NCBI GenBank assembly: GCA_038087875.1
Contig: CM075991.1
Location: 9,116,001-9,180,000, forward strand
DNA length: 64,000 nucleotides
Origin: Malacoraja senta
Taxonomy: Eukaryota
Reading direction: 5' to 3'
Below are positions 1 to 13,009 of the stretch, piece by piece (the first letter of the stretch is position 1; each line of letters starts with the position of its first letter). A program made the translations under genes and the position numbers. The notes below the pieces were generated by a model. The model had not been told where the DNA came from. It worked only from the letters and a program-made list of their open reading frames with translations, and ran no database searches.

Positions 1-809
1 AGAACGTACAAACTCTGTACAAGATTCAAGATTCAAGAGAGTTTATTGTCATGTGCCCCTGATAGGACAATGAAATTCTTGCTTTGCTTCAGCACAACAG
101 AACATAGTAGGCATGAATACAGAACAGATCAGTGTGTCCATAGACCATTATAAAAAATATATACACACATATGTATATGCTGCCTCTGTATATGTATATA
201 GACAGTACCCTTGGTCAGGATCGAACACGGGTCTTTGGTGCTGTAAGGCAGCAGCTCTACCGCTGCGCCACCTTGCCGCCCGAGGTTTCGGGTCAGCGAA
301 TTCCAGAATCCAGAGTCTTGGCATCTAAAGACTGGAGCAACGAATATATTTGAGGATCAACAAGATGACAGGAATCATGAGAGGTTGCGGGGCTGGAGGT
401 GGTTGCAGAGGCAGCATGGAGTGAGAGTGTGGATAGCTTTGTATACAAGGTTGAGAATTTTCCAGTACAACAGAGGGGTTGCCAAGTTGTGAGTCAATGC
501 TAGTTAGTGATAATACACGGTCTGTCTGTACTTGGTATTGGATATGCCTGGCAATGGTCTGAAGTTTATGTTGGCCGCAGAGCTTTGGAATAGGGAGGTT
601 TAGTTTAGTTAAGCGATAGAGCGCGGAAACAGGCCCTTCAGCCCACTGAGACCAACAATCACAAATGTCTGGAAAGCTCTCCCAAGGGTGGTGGTTGAAG
701 TAGATACATTAGTGGCATTTAAGAGACTTTTGGATAGGCAGATGGATATGTAGGGAATGGAGGGTTATGTGCAGGTAGATAAGTGATGGTCTTGGCATAA
801 GATGGTCTT

Positions 810-1110
810 GACCACAGTTTAAGAATCAGGAGTAAGCCATTTAGAACGGTGACGAGCAAACACTTTTTCTCACAGAGAGTGGTGAGTGTGGAATTATCTG
901 CCTCAGAGGGCGGTGGAGGCAGGTTCTCTGGATGCTTTCAAGAGAGAGCTAGATAGGGCTCTTAAAAATAGCGGAGTCAGGGGATATGGGGAGAAGGCAG
1001 GAACGGGGTACTGATTGGGGATGATCAGCCATGATCACGTTGAATGGCGGTGATGGCTCGAAGAGCCAAATGGCCTACTCCTGCACCTATTGTCTATTGT
1101 CTATTGTCTA
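810..1110 (+). mobile_element. CR1 (HER1-like) LINE 3' fragment
   Basis: FFSQRVV-type RT end; 3' UTR gaagggccgaatggcctact..; (ctattgt)n tail. Confidence 0.8.
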
Positions 1111-1630
1111 TAATGTTCGGCACAGTAATTGTGGGCCGAAGGGCCTGTTCTTGTGCCATACTCTTCTATGTTCTAAGGCAAGATGCCTCGGCTAATAAGA
1201 ACTGCTTTCTCCTCTCAATTGCTCCCCTTCTTCTAAGAAGTAATTTAATACAATTACAGATTCCTTTATCTGGGAAACCAGCCTCTGCATTTGAATTAAA
1301 TTGTTTCTCTAAATGGTACCATTTGTGTAAGGGAATAATTTAATGGATGATGAATCAAGATGAACTAATGTATACTGAGCAAACCAAGACACAGATGCAA
1401 AGTGCCAGTATTACCGCTCTGAGGTCCCCACACAACAAGGAAGCACAATGAAAATTATGCTAAAGGGAGCTGGTAAACTGGGGATATGTTTTATGATGCC
1501 CTTCATTGTTTAGGAATTAAAACACGGAACAATATGTATTAAAGTGACAGTCTTGTATCACTGTTTACAGTATATCCGGAGACATCGTGAGAAGAGAAGA
1601 AGCCTTACTTTTAGTTTTGTTTAGAGATAC

Positions 1631-2043
1631 TCCCCGTTGGATTGCAACCTTGTCGTGGTCGGGGAGCTTGTGTGTCTCAGTGACCCCTAGAGCTATGCCA
1701 GCGGGAGATTCGTCTCCTGTTAGGGTCTCCCATGCTGGACAGGTCGAAGGGTAGAGGCGAGACGAAGAGCGATCCTCTGGTCCTCCAGGTTGGAGGTTGA
1801 GCACGGGGCTAGCAACCCTGTCTCGTAAAACAAATATGTTACGGAAACAGCAACTGAAGGAATCAACACTACTGGGCGTGATGGACTTCCAGGGCTATCG
1901 ACAGATGCTGGGATGAATGTCAATGGTGAACAATGGACCTGATCTGGGGTAGTGTCCAGAAGCTAGCCCAGAACAGACAGGAGTGGAGGACCTTCATTGC
2001 TGCCCTACATGCCAGGAGGCATAAGAGGCAGTAAGTAAGTAAG
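1631..2043 (+). mobile_element. Internally deleted (bipartite) RTE-type non-autonomous retroelement
   Basis: RTE-like 5' UTR motifs (ccttgtcgtgg..gagctatgcc..cccatgctggacaggtc) joined to ORF end LAQNRQEWRTFIAALHA and (gtaa)n tail; TSD ttagagatac at 1621-1630 and 2044-2053. Confidence 0.7.
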
Positions 2044-2325
2044 TTAGAGATACAGCTCGGGAACAGGTCCTTCGGCCCTCCGCACATCTCCGCACATTAA
2101 CTCTATCCGACACACACTAGGGGCAAATGTTACATTTACTCCAAGCCAATTAACTTACAAACCTGTATGTCTTTGGAGTGTGGGAGGAGACTGAAGATCT
2201 TGGAGAAAACCTACGCAGGTCACGGGGAGAACGTGCAAACTCCGTACAGACAGCACCAATTGCTGGGATCGAACACGTGTCTCAGTAGCTCTACTGCTGT
2301 GCCACCGTGCCGGCCTACTTGAATA

Positions 2326-2589
2326 AACCCAATGAAATATATCTTGGCTCTCTGCATTAGTACAGAGGTGGACCAAGATTTCAGGGTTATTTCAAATCCA
2401 TTAGGATTAAGAACTTTGTGTCAGTATCATCATTATTTATGTCCTAATTGAGGGTCAAAAAAGTTAATAAGGACATAAATTACGATGATACTAACACAAC
2501 GTTCTTAATCCTAATGGATTTGAAATACCCCTTAAATCTTGGTCTACCATTGTACTATTGTATAGAGCCAAGATATATTTCATTGAGTT
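2326..2589. mobile_element. AT-rich fold-back MITE-like element
   Basis: Arms of about 125 bp are imperfect reverse complements; a diverged single arm recurs at ~3270-3360. Confidence 0.75.
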
Positions 2590-4535
2590 GGAATATAACC
2601 TATGCTGTACCCAAAACAGACAGTGAAAAGGGCGTTATTAACTAATCTGGTTAGTTGATTTGTCCACAGTAAACTGCTCCTACTGCAGATTAGTGGCAGG
2701 GGAATTTGAAGGGGGGTTGGCAGGTGGGATTAAGGGGTGGCACAGCGGTAGAGTTACCACATTACAGCGCCAGATATCCGGGTTCGATCCTGACTACGGG
2801 TGCTGTCTGTACGGAGCTTGTACGTTCACCCTGGGACCACGTGGGTTTTCTCCGGGTGCTCTGGTTTCCTCCCACACTCCAAAGACGTGCAGGTTTGTAT
2901 GTCAATTGGCTTCTCAAAAAGTCAAAGTATCCTTTACTGTCATTCAGACCTTTCGGTCTGAACGAAATTTCGTGCCTTGCAGTCATACATATAATAATAA
3001 ATAACAAAAACACACAATAAACACAAATTTAACATCCACCACGGTGAGTTCACCAGGCACCTCCTCGCTGTGATGGAAGGCAAAAGTCTTAAAGTCTTTG
3101 TCTCTTTGTCTCTGTAAATTGTAAATTGTCCCTCGTGTGCTGGATAGTGATAGCGTGTGGGGATCTCTGGACAGTGCGGATTCGGCGGGCCGAAGGGCCT
3201 GTTTCCGCGCTCTGTCTCTAAAGTATATGCGTGGTCATGATCAAAAGAGATGGGGCTCTGCTGGGGTTAATTCAATGAAATATTTATTGGTGCTGTGCAA
3301 TAGTACAGCGTTAAACCAAGATTTCAAGGGGATTTCAAATCCATTAAGTTTGAGAACTTAAGTTTGAGAACCTTGTCCTTTGTCTGTAGGATCATGCCAG
3401 TGTACAGAGTTATGCTGCTCGGCACGGACTCGGTGGGTCAATGAGGTCACTGGCGGCTGCTCCTCTCGCAGCTGTTCGCCCTCTCAATTCAATGATTCAA
3501 TGATATTTAATCATCACATGTACCGTGGTTCAGGGAAATGCTTTGTTTTGCGTACAACCCGGTAAAATCGAGCAGCAGACCTCGCCCAGGCAATACACAA
3601 GGGGCGCCACGTTTTGGTGCTGACAATGTTACAAATGTTATCCAAACGGTCCTACCTACTGCCTCTACTGCCTGCCTCTGCACATGGCAAAGGGACTCCT
3701 CCCCACGCCCCCCACCCCCAAGCTGGGTCCCCCCTTCGTACTCCGCATCCCCTCGCCGGGCACCTCTCCGAGGATCCACCTCGCTCTCCGACAACCCTCC
3801 TCGGCTATATCTGTGATCCACTCCCGCACACAGTTTTAATGTTAATTTCCGACGTGTATTATTCGGGCTGCGAATAGTTCTCTGGGAGCAGAACCCCATC
3901 ATAACCTAGAGAACCCCCCCCCCCCTCAACTTGCTGCCTTTCGTGAGCTCCATCCATTCTCTCACTGCGTCTCTGCAGAGCTTCAGAAGAGGATAAGGTA
4001 CACAAAAATGCTGGAGAAACTCAGCGGGTGCAGCAGCATCTATGGAGCGAAGGAAATAGGCAACGTTTCGGGCCGAAACCCTTCTTCAGAAGAGGATAGT
4101 TAACTCAACCAGCCCTCCCGGTCTTTGACTATGAATGCATGTGCACTGGCAGAGTGCGTATCCAATTTATTTTATTTACTGCAAACACTGACTGTCTTAC
4201 AATTATTCCAACTCCAAAAACTTGGGCCAATCGTTCTGCCAGATAACACAGCTGAGGAAGCCAACCATTTCTTGGCTGTGGTTCAACTTAAATCTGTCCC
4301 AAATGCCAGAGACAAAACACAAATAGGTGAGGCCCAAGGAACACGAGTTAGCAACATTGTTTTCTAAGGTGGTTTTGCTCTGGGAGGCAAGGAATTTCTC
4401 ATGTGAGTTGGGAAAGAGAGTCCAATGGTGAGAGTGGGACTGGTACTGTGAATCAAAGCAGCGCTTCTCTGGGGGCTGGAGCGAAAAGGTTTCTGTTCAC
4501 TGAACAAGAACTTGCTGGTTCTCTGCTGATGCACC

Positions 4536-4910
<375 letters not shown>

Positions 4911-6023
4911 GAGTTTTGGACTGTGCGTGTCTCCAGTCTGCCTTCCAGCTGGAGTCTGTGAACAATCCTTCCACACTGAGCCACTGTCAGTGATACGAGT
5001 CATATTATAGTGATATGGATCAATACACTGAGATTCACAGCCGCGCGCATTGCTCCCAATTCTTGATGTCACTGGAGCGGAACTTAATGAAACCACCGCT
5101 GGAGAAAACCAGACAAAACACAAGATTAATGGATGAAGGAGCGTTCAGTGTATGGATATCTTCCTTTGGAGACTGAAGATTGTATTAGAAGCCCTAATGA
5201 ATAGAAGGCTGCACTGTACTTTACACTGCAAGGCCTGTTGGCTTTAATAGAAATCACCTTTGCAGGTGCAACCCAATTTTCCGTCCTCATTTCCCCGAAA
5301 ATTGCAATTCTTGTCAACAGGGAGTCGCGTTAGAATCTTTGACACAAGACTTCTGTCAGGCAGCTTAATGTGTTTGTGTGTGCACAGCATATTGAGATTT
5401 CGCCAACCAGAAAGGGGCTTCTGGAAATGATCCTCGGGCCATGTGTGAATGAGAAGTTCAATTGTGCGTGCTCAATAACAACACACTCTCATCTAGCTGC
5501 TACAAGACTCTACCAAGTCTACATTTGGGGCGGCACGGTGGCGCAGCGGTAGAGTTGCCTTCCTTATAGCGCCAGGGACCCTGACTACGGGTGCTGTCTG
5601 TACGGAGTTTGTACGTTCTCCCCGTGACCGCGTGGGGTTTCTACAGTTTCCTCCCACACTCCAAAGGCTTAAGGGCCTGCCCCACTTGGCCGTCATTTGC
5701 GTCTCATTTATGCATCGTAATATTTGTAGGTATTAGGTGGATTGGAAGTGATAGGTGGATACAGGTGTGGGGAGGGTTTGATTGTCAGATGGGTGGAGGA
5801 AGGCCGGTGATGGGAGGAAGCCAAAAGGGCTTGAGATACATAGAGAAGAGGCACAAAACGTGAAGCTAGATAAAAGGAATGCAGGTAAAAGGGATGGAGG
5901 AGTAACAATTCAGGCCCTTGGGAGAGACCACGAACCAAATGTATGTCCCTTGCCTCCTCCACTGTCAGATTGAGACCCAACCCGAATTGGAAGGACAACA
6001 CCTCATATTTCGCTTGGACAGCT

Positions 6024-6558
6024 TCATCATCATCGGCGGTCACTCGAAACGAGTATGACTGTCCTCTCCTCTCCATAGGGTCGTCTACTTGTGGGTCTGC
6101 AGATGTCTGTAGAGGCTGATCCACGATCCACACACCTTGGTGCAACGTGGGCAGTGGAGACTGGCGGTGGTTGGTAGTCGTCGAGCCCCCTTCTCTCTCT
6201 CTCTCCTTACGGTGCTGTCGCTTTGTCTCTGCGACACGGCGTAGTTCCGTTTCGTGACGTGCGGCTCCTTCCTGCACGGATTTCCTCCAGGAGCGCCTGT
6301 CCGGTGCAACGTGCTCCCAGTTGCTCGATGTGATGTGGAATTTCTTCAGACTGCTCTTGATGTTGTCCTTGCAGCGTTTCCTTGGCCCGCCGGGGGGCTC
6401 GCCGACCTTCCTTCAATTGAGAGTACAGGATTTGTTTAGGGAGACGTGTGTTGGACATGCGGATGACATGGGCAAGTCCATCGAAGTTGGTGCTGCATTA
6501 TTGTGGTGGTGATGCTGGTCATGTTGGCTTCCTCCAAAACGCTGATGTTGGTGCGTTT
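6024..6558 (-). mobile_element. RTE-clade LINE 3' fragment
   Basis: RLPKQILYSQLKEGRR..W..DRRSWR..CPRCTKVC..LYRHLQTH; (gat)n tail. Confidence 0.8.
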
Positions 6559-6798
6559 ATACCCAGTGGTATGATTTTTGATTTCTCGAACTTCAAGTAA
6601 CCTTTGCTTTCTCTCTCTCGACGTCCCTCCCTCATCCTAGGTCACCGACTAGTTCCACTGTCCTCCTTATTAAATATTACTGATTGTATGCCTCGTTGTT
6701 ACCTTCCCCTCAGTTGACAATAAACCATTCTATGTTTCCTTGATCATCGTCCCCTTTAATCTGTGTTTTCACACCTTTCCCTTACATATCTCTATGTC

Positions 6799-7262
6799 AA
6801 TACCAACGCTCAAAATGTGGATTGCAAGTATGTTGGATACCGCACATCTTGAGGAAATGCGATTCCTCCTAATAGATAAATTTGACCAATTCATAACGAG
6901 TTGGTCTCCATTTGTCGTCTTTTTGGAAACATATGGTGCAAAACAGGTGTAAAAGCTAATCCGTGACTGCGGATGGTCAAGATTATAAATGATCTCCTAT
7001 TTTCTTTTCTTCTCTTCTTTTCTTTTATTCTCTTTCTTCTATTTTCTATGTCTCAACTTTCTTTTTTCATTCTTTATTTTTCTTTTTCACACACTATATA
7101 TCTCACATTTTTCTATTTTTCATTATCTAACTTTTTTCTTTTTCTTCTTTATTTCAAAAACATTTAAAAAAAAGCTGTACATAAAAGGTATTATGAAAAT
7201 ATGATTGTATACAATTGTACTTACTTCTAATAAAATAAAAATATTTTAAAAAATTAAAAAAA
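6799..7262 (+). mobile_element. L1/Tx1-clade LINE 3' fragment with poly(A)
   Basis: PTLKMWI..EEMRF..FITSWSPF ORF2 end, T-rich UTR, AATAAA and A-tail. 15-bp TSD acatatctctatgtc at 6784-6798 and 7263-7277. Confidence 0.85.
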
Positions 7263-7760
7263 ACATATCTCTATGTCTCTCTCTCCCCTGACTCTCAGTC
7301 CGAAGCAGGGTCTCGACCTGAATCGTCGCCCATTCCTCCTCTCCAGAGATGCTGCCTGTCCCGCGGAGTTACTCCAGCACTTTGTGTCAATAATCCAATA
7401 AGATGGTCGTGGGAGAAAGGGAAATAAAGCTGTTAATATAACGTTTATAGCAAAAATAGAGAAACGAGAAAGGAGAAAAAAACAAGTCCTGACTGATACT
7501 TATCATCAATTACTTTCACAAAAGGGAAATTGTCCGATTATTGACATGTTTAGAACATGAGAGAGCTGGATGATGCGCCCGTCAGTGAACCTGCTTTTCA
7601 TTCAGTTCAATCATGGGTGATTATCTCAACACCACGTTCCCTCCTGACTCCTTATGTCCTTCCTCAATAGACAACAAAAATCAAGCCCAGAGCCTTCCAG
7701 TGGTAAATAATTGTAAAACACTCTGTATTTCTCCTCACCTCTGTTCTAATGGATACAATT

Positions 7761-8060
7761 CGGGCGGCACGGTGGCGCAGCGATACAGTTGCTGCCTTAC
7801 AGCGCCAGTGTCCCGTGACTGTGGGTGCATGTCTGTACAGAGTTTGTGCGTTATTCCTGTGACCTGCGTGGGTTTTCTCCGAGATCTTCGGTTTCCTCCC
7901 ACACTCCCAAGGCGTATAGGTTTGTAGGTTAATTGAACTGTTTAAAATGGAAATTGTCCCTGGTGCGTGCCTGATAGTGTTCATGTGCGGGGATCGCTGG
8001 TCGGTGCGGACTCGGGGGGCCGAAGGGCCTGTTTTCGCGCCGTAACTCTAAACTGAAATA
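7761..8060 (+). mobile_element. tRNA-derived V-SINE (HE1-like)
   Basis: ggcggcacggtggcgcagcg head (A-box), central gtgggttttctcc..ggtttcctcccacactcc domain, CR1-like gggccgaagggcctg end and ctaaa tail. Confidence 0.75.
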
Positions 8061-8658
8061 AAATTTCTGGCCCTGATTCTGAGGCCAGATCATTATCTAC
8101 AAATATCCCTCTTTAAATAAACAAAACATTATTGTTGCATCTAGCAGTCGATGTGAACCTAGAGGCATGGTGGAGCATGTTAGTTGAGAGATACCACGTG
8201 GAAGCAGGGTCAAGTCCACCCCTGCCAGTGATCACCTGTTCGCACTCGTTCTACATTATCCCACTTTTCCATCCATTTCCTACCCACTAGGAACAATTAA
8301 CATCTTTGGAATGTGGGAGGAGACCCATGCAGTCACAGGAAATAGGCACAAACACCACACAGACAGCACCCGAGGTCAGGATCGAACCGGGGCGTCCTGT
8401 GTTGTGAGGCATCAGCTCCACCAACTCTGCCATGCTGCTGCGTCACTCTCACTCTGCTGCCCCATAGCATCTAGTCATTCACAATCGCACCATGGAAGAT
8501 ATTGGTTGGTAGAAAGACGTAAAATGCTGGAGTAACTCAGCGGGACAGACAATAGACAACAGTCTGAAGAAGGGTTTCGGCCCGAAACGTTGCCTATCTC
8601 CTTCGCTCCATAGATGCTGCTGCACCCGTTGAGTTTCTCCAGCATTTTTGTGTACCAG

Positions 8659-9152
8659 AGACAATAGACAATAGGTTGAGGAGTAGGCCATTCAGCCCTT
8701 CGAGCCAGCACCGCCATTCACTGTGATCATGTCTGATCATCCACAATCAGAAAAGGAATACCCCTTTCCTGCCTTCTCCCCATATCCCTTGACTCCGCTA
8801 TCTTTAAGAGCTCTATCTGACACTCTCTTGAAAACATGCAGTGAATTGGCCTCCACTGCCCTCTGAGGCAGAGAATTCCACAGATTCACAACTCTCTGGG
8901 TGAAAAACTTTTTCCTCATCTCCGTTCTAAATGGCCTACCCCTTATTCTTAAACTGTGGCCCCTGGTTCTGGACTCCCCCAACATCGGGAACATGTTTCC
9001 TGCATCTAGCATGTCCAATCCCTTAATCTTATACGTTTCAATAAGATCCCCTCATACTTCAAAATTCCAGTGTCTACAAACCCAGTCGCTCCATTGTTTC
9101 AACATAAGACAGTCCCGCCATCCTGGGAATTAACCTCGTGAACCTACGCTGC
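8659..9152 (-). mobile_element. CR1 LINE 3' fragment
   Basis: SRTRGHSLRIRG..FFTQRVVNLWNSLP on the minus strand. Confidence 0.85.
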
Positions 9153-10019
9153 AGTCAGCATCTCTGGATAGAAGGAATGGGTGACAAAGAAGAAATTGAG
9201 ACAACAAATGATTTTTAACTGCATTGCTACCTCATCTCCTTTCTAAAGGTACGTCCTTATATTTTGGGGGAGTCCAGAACCAGGGGCCACAGTTTAAGTC
9301 GGAGTCCTTATGATTACGGAGGGGTTCACCAGGGTGAATTGTCGCTGTCTATAGGGAAAGGGCTGTTAAACTGCAAGAAGGAATTCAGGATTCTCCTCTT
9401 TACTCTCCTTGCAACAACATGGAGTCTATCAAACAGAAAGCACGGATGCATTTAAAGAGAAGTTCCTGAGGGAACGAGGAATGGAGGATACGTTGATGGG
9501 GTTACATCAAGAGGGTGGAGACACATGTGGAGCATAAACACCACAGATCCCATTTCTGCACAGAACACTTTCATCTTTGTAAATAATACACAGGCGGTTC
9601 TTATACGAAGGCAAATGAGTTCTTATAAGCATGCATCCCCACCAAGATGGAACAAACACACAAACAAAACTCCAAGCCCACGGATGTTATCCCACTGATT
9701 AAATAGTAACGCCGTCTTTGCTTAGAGATATCAGAAGCAAGCGGAGCAGCATTTCCTGGCAATTCGTGTTCTTTGCAGAGGGTGTAATCTAGTTTAAAAT
9801 GCGGCAGAATCTATAAAATGAAAATCACACCATTCAACATTGATGTGATGCGAGCTCCTCTTCAAACACTCAGCCTCCATGGTTTCCACCGCTATATATT
9901 TCTATTTTGGGGACACGGGTGGAATGTCATTATCCTGCAACACACTGGCTCCGTGAATGTATTAAACTCATTCAAGTCGGCGTTGAACCATAGAACTGGC
10001 AGCAACCCGGAAGAAGAAC

Positions 10020-10482
10020 TGCATTGGGCCTGTACTCGTTGGAGTTTCGAAGATTGAGGGGGGCACCTCATTGAAACGCACAGAATCGTGAAAGGCCTGG
10101 GTAGAGTGGATGTGGAGAGGATGTTTCCACTAGTGGGAGAGTCTAGAACTAGAGGTCATAGCCTCAGAATTAAAGGACGTTCTTTAAGGAAGGAGATGAG
10201 GAGAAATTTCTTTAGTCAGAGGGTGGTGAATTTGTGGAATTCTTTGCCACAGAAAACTGTGGAGATCGTCAACAGATCTTTTTAAGGCTGTGGAGGCCAA
10301 GTCAGTGGATATATTTAAGGCAGAGATAGCTAGATTCTTGATTAGTACAGGTGTCAGAGGTTATGGGGAGAAGGCAGGAGAATGGGGTTAGGAGGGTGAG
10401 ATAGATCAGCCATGATTGAATGGCGGAGTAGGCTTGAAGGGCTGAATGGTCTAATTCTACTCCTATCCCTTATGACCTTATG
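10020..10482 (+). mobile_element. CR1 LINE 3' fragment
   Basis: SRTRGHSL..FFSQRVVNLWNSLP. Confidence 0.85.
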
Positions 10483-11374
10483 AGAAAAGGAATAGGTGAC
10501 GTTTCGGGTCAAGATTCTTCCCCAGACTCGAACAGTCTCTACCCGTCACCTATTCCTTCTCTCCAGAGATGCTGCCTGTCCTGCTGAGTTACTCCAGCAT
10601 TTTGTGTCTATCTTTGGTTTAAACGAGCACCTGCAGTTCCTTGCTACACACTGTTGGAAGTGTCATTGTTCAGATGAGAAGTTGAACTGAGGACTCCCCT
10701 GCTCTCTCAAGTGGATACAATGATCCCAGGGCCACACTCTACTGGAGAACAAGAGAGTCTTCGCTGTGCTCTTGCCACTACATGCCTTTTATATATCTTA
10801 AACTATGCCCCATTATCACATTACTGCTTGTGGGAGTTTTCTATGTGTGTAAAATGACCAATTCATCTCTTATAAAATGACTACACTTTGCAAAAGCTTC
10901 AGTGGTTACACATTATAAATGCATGCCACATGTATTTATAATGGGAGAGAGATAAATAAGGTAGACACTCAGCATCCCTTTGCTCATGGTGGGAGTATCT
11001 CAGAGGCATAAATGTCAGGTGAGAAGTACAATAGTTAGAGGTGGGAGGGGGACTGAAGAGGGATTTGTTCACACACATGGTGATTGGAGTCAGGAATGTA
11101 CTGCCTGAGTTTAGTTTAGTTAAGTTTAGAGACACAGCATGTAAACAGGCTCTTTGGCCTCCCCAAGCCCACGGCGCCCAGCCATCACCCATACACTAGT
11201 TCTACCCTACACGCGAGGGACCATTTTACAATTTTTCCAAAGCCAATCCACCTGCAAACCTGTTCGGCTTTGCATGCTGGAGGAAACCAGAGCACCCGGA
11301 GGAAACCCACACGGTCACAGGGAGAAGGTACAATCTCCATAGTCAGGATCGAACCCGGGTCTCTGTCGCTGTAA

Positions 11375-11785
11375 TGGGCCGGTCCCACCTAGGCGATTTT
11401 TTAGGCGACTACAGGCGACTAGGCTGTCGCCACATGGTCGTCGGAGTGTCGCCTGTATGGTCCTGAGTCGTCTCCTCACTCGCCCAAAGAGTCGTAGCGT
11501 CTTTCTGGTCACCGCTGGATTTTCAACATGATGAAAAAATTTCGGAGACAGTCGGCGACGTGCGTTTGGTACCAATGAGCGTAGCTTGACCTCCTGATAT
11601 AGGTGCTGGCGTAGTTGTCGCCAGGTTAACGTACGTTGTCGCCGGTGATTACTTCATTTTTTTTTGTTAAACAAATGATTCTCTTTCAAATGTTATGTCG
11701 AGGGGGGAGATCCAGTCACCGGTTTTTAGGTGACCTGCTACGACTATGACAGTCGCCTAAAAATAGCCTAAGTGGGACAGGCCCA
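11375..11785. mobile_element. PIF/Harbinger-type MITE inserted in a V-SINE
   Basis: TIR tgggcc(g/t)gtcccac; TAA duplicated at 11372-11374 and 11786-11788; SINE sequence continuous across it. Confidence 0.85.
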
Positions 11786-11986
11786 TAAGGCAGAAACTCT
11801 GCCACTGCGCCACCCTATGTGGCAATAATAATAATCATAATAATACATTTTATTTATATAGCGCTTTTCAAGGACTCAAAGTCGCTTATGGTAGATGGCA
11901 TTGGTAGATGCTTTCAGAAACTCTTATGGAGCATTCAGCAAAGCACTTGAATTGGCAAGGCATATGGACCTGATGCAGTAAATGGT

Positions 11987-12206
11987 AGACAAAAATGCTG
12001 GAGAAACTCAGCGGGTGCAGCAGCATCCATGGAGCTAAGGAAATAGGCAACGTTTCGGGCTGAAACCCTACTTCAGTCTGAAGAAGAAGGGTTTCGGCCC
12101 GAAACGTTGCCTATTTCCTTCGCTCCATAGATGCTGCTGCACCTGCTGAGTTTTTCCAGCATTTTTGTCTACCTTCGATTTTCCAGCATCTGCAGTTCCT
12201 TCTTAA
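11987..12206. mobile_element. Fold-back Penelope terminal-repeat mini-element (family A)
   Basis: Inverted copy joined to a sense copy at ttcagtctgaag. 12-bp TSD gcagtaaatggt at 11975-11986 and 12207-12218. Confidence 0.85.
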
Positions 12207-13009
12207 GCAGTAAATGGTGTAGTTGGGTGCAGTGGGCATGGAGAATGTGGTGGGCTGAAGTGCCTGTTTCTTTGCTATACAACTGTCTGATTCGAATAAC
12301 TGTATTGCCAGTAATGTCAGGAAGTGTATAGACAGCGCGAGGACTCAGCCTGAAGAAGGGTCTCGTCCCAAAATGTCACCTATATCTTTTCTCCAGAGAT
12401 GCTGCCTGACCCGCTGAGTTACTCCAGCACCTTGTGTCTATCTTTGGTGTAAACCAGCATCTGCAGTTCCTTCCCACACATGTCAGTAAATGTGCTGTTT
12501 AAATGGAAATATTTTTAGTGATGTATAAACTTTAACTATTTCCTGGATTTAACAGTTGTGGCACAGTGGCTCAACGCTGGTGTTGCTGCCTTACAGCGCC
12601 AGAGTCCGTGGTCAAACCTTACTTACGGGTTCTGCCTGTGCGGTATTTGTACGTTCTCCCTGTGACCTTGTGAGTTTTCTCCTGGTGCCCCCGGTTTCCT
12701 CCCACACTCCAAAGACTTGCAGGTTTCTAGGATGATTGACCTATAAATTTTCCCTAATGTGTAGGATTGTGCTGGTATAGGGGTGGTTGTTGGTTGACAC
12801 GGACTCAGTGGGCTGAAGGGCCTGTTTCCACGCTGTATCTCCAAAGTTTAAAGTAGCACCAGGACATCAGGGAAACTCTCAAGTGATTTCTTCAAGACCG
12901 ACAGTGGGGTCCTTCACATCCGCTTGAGAAAGCAGAAGGGCTTCCCAGTTCAGCTTCTCATCTGAGAGTCAGTCCTGCTGAAAGTCCCCCTGAAGTCCGA
13001 GAACACTGA

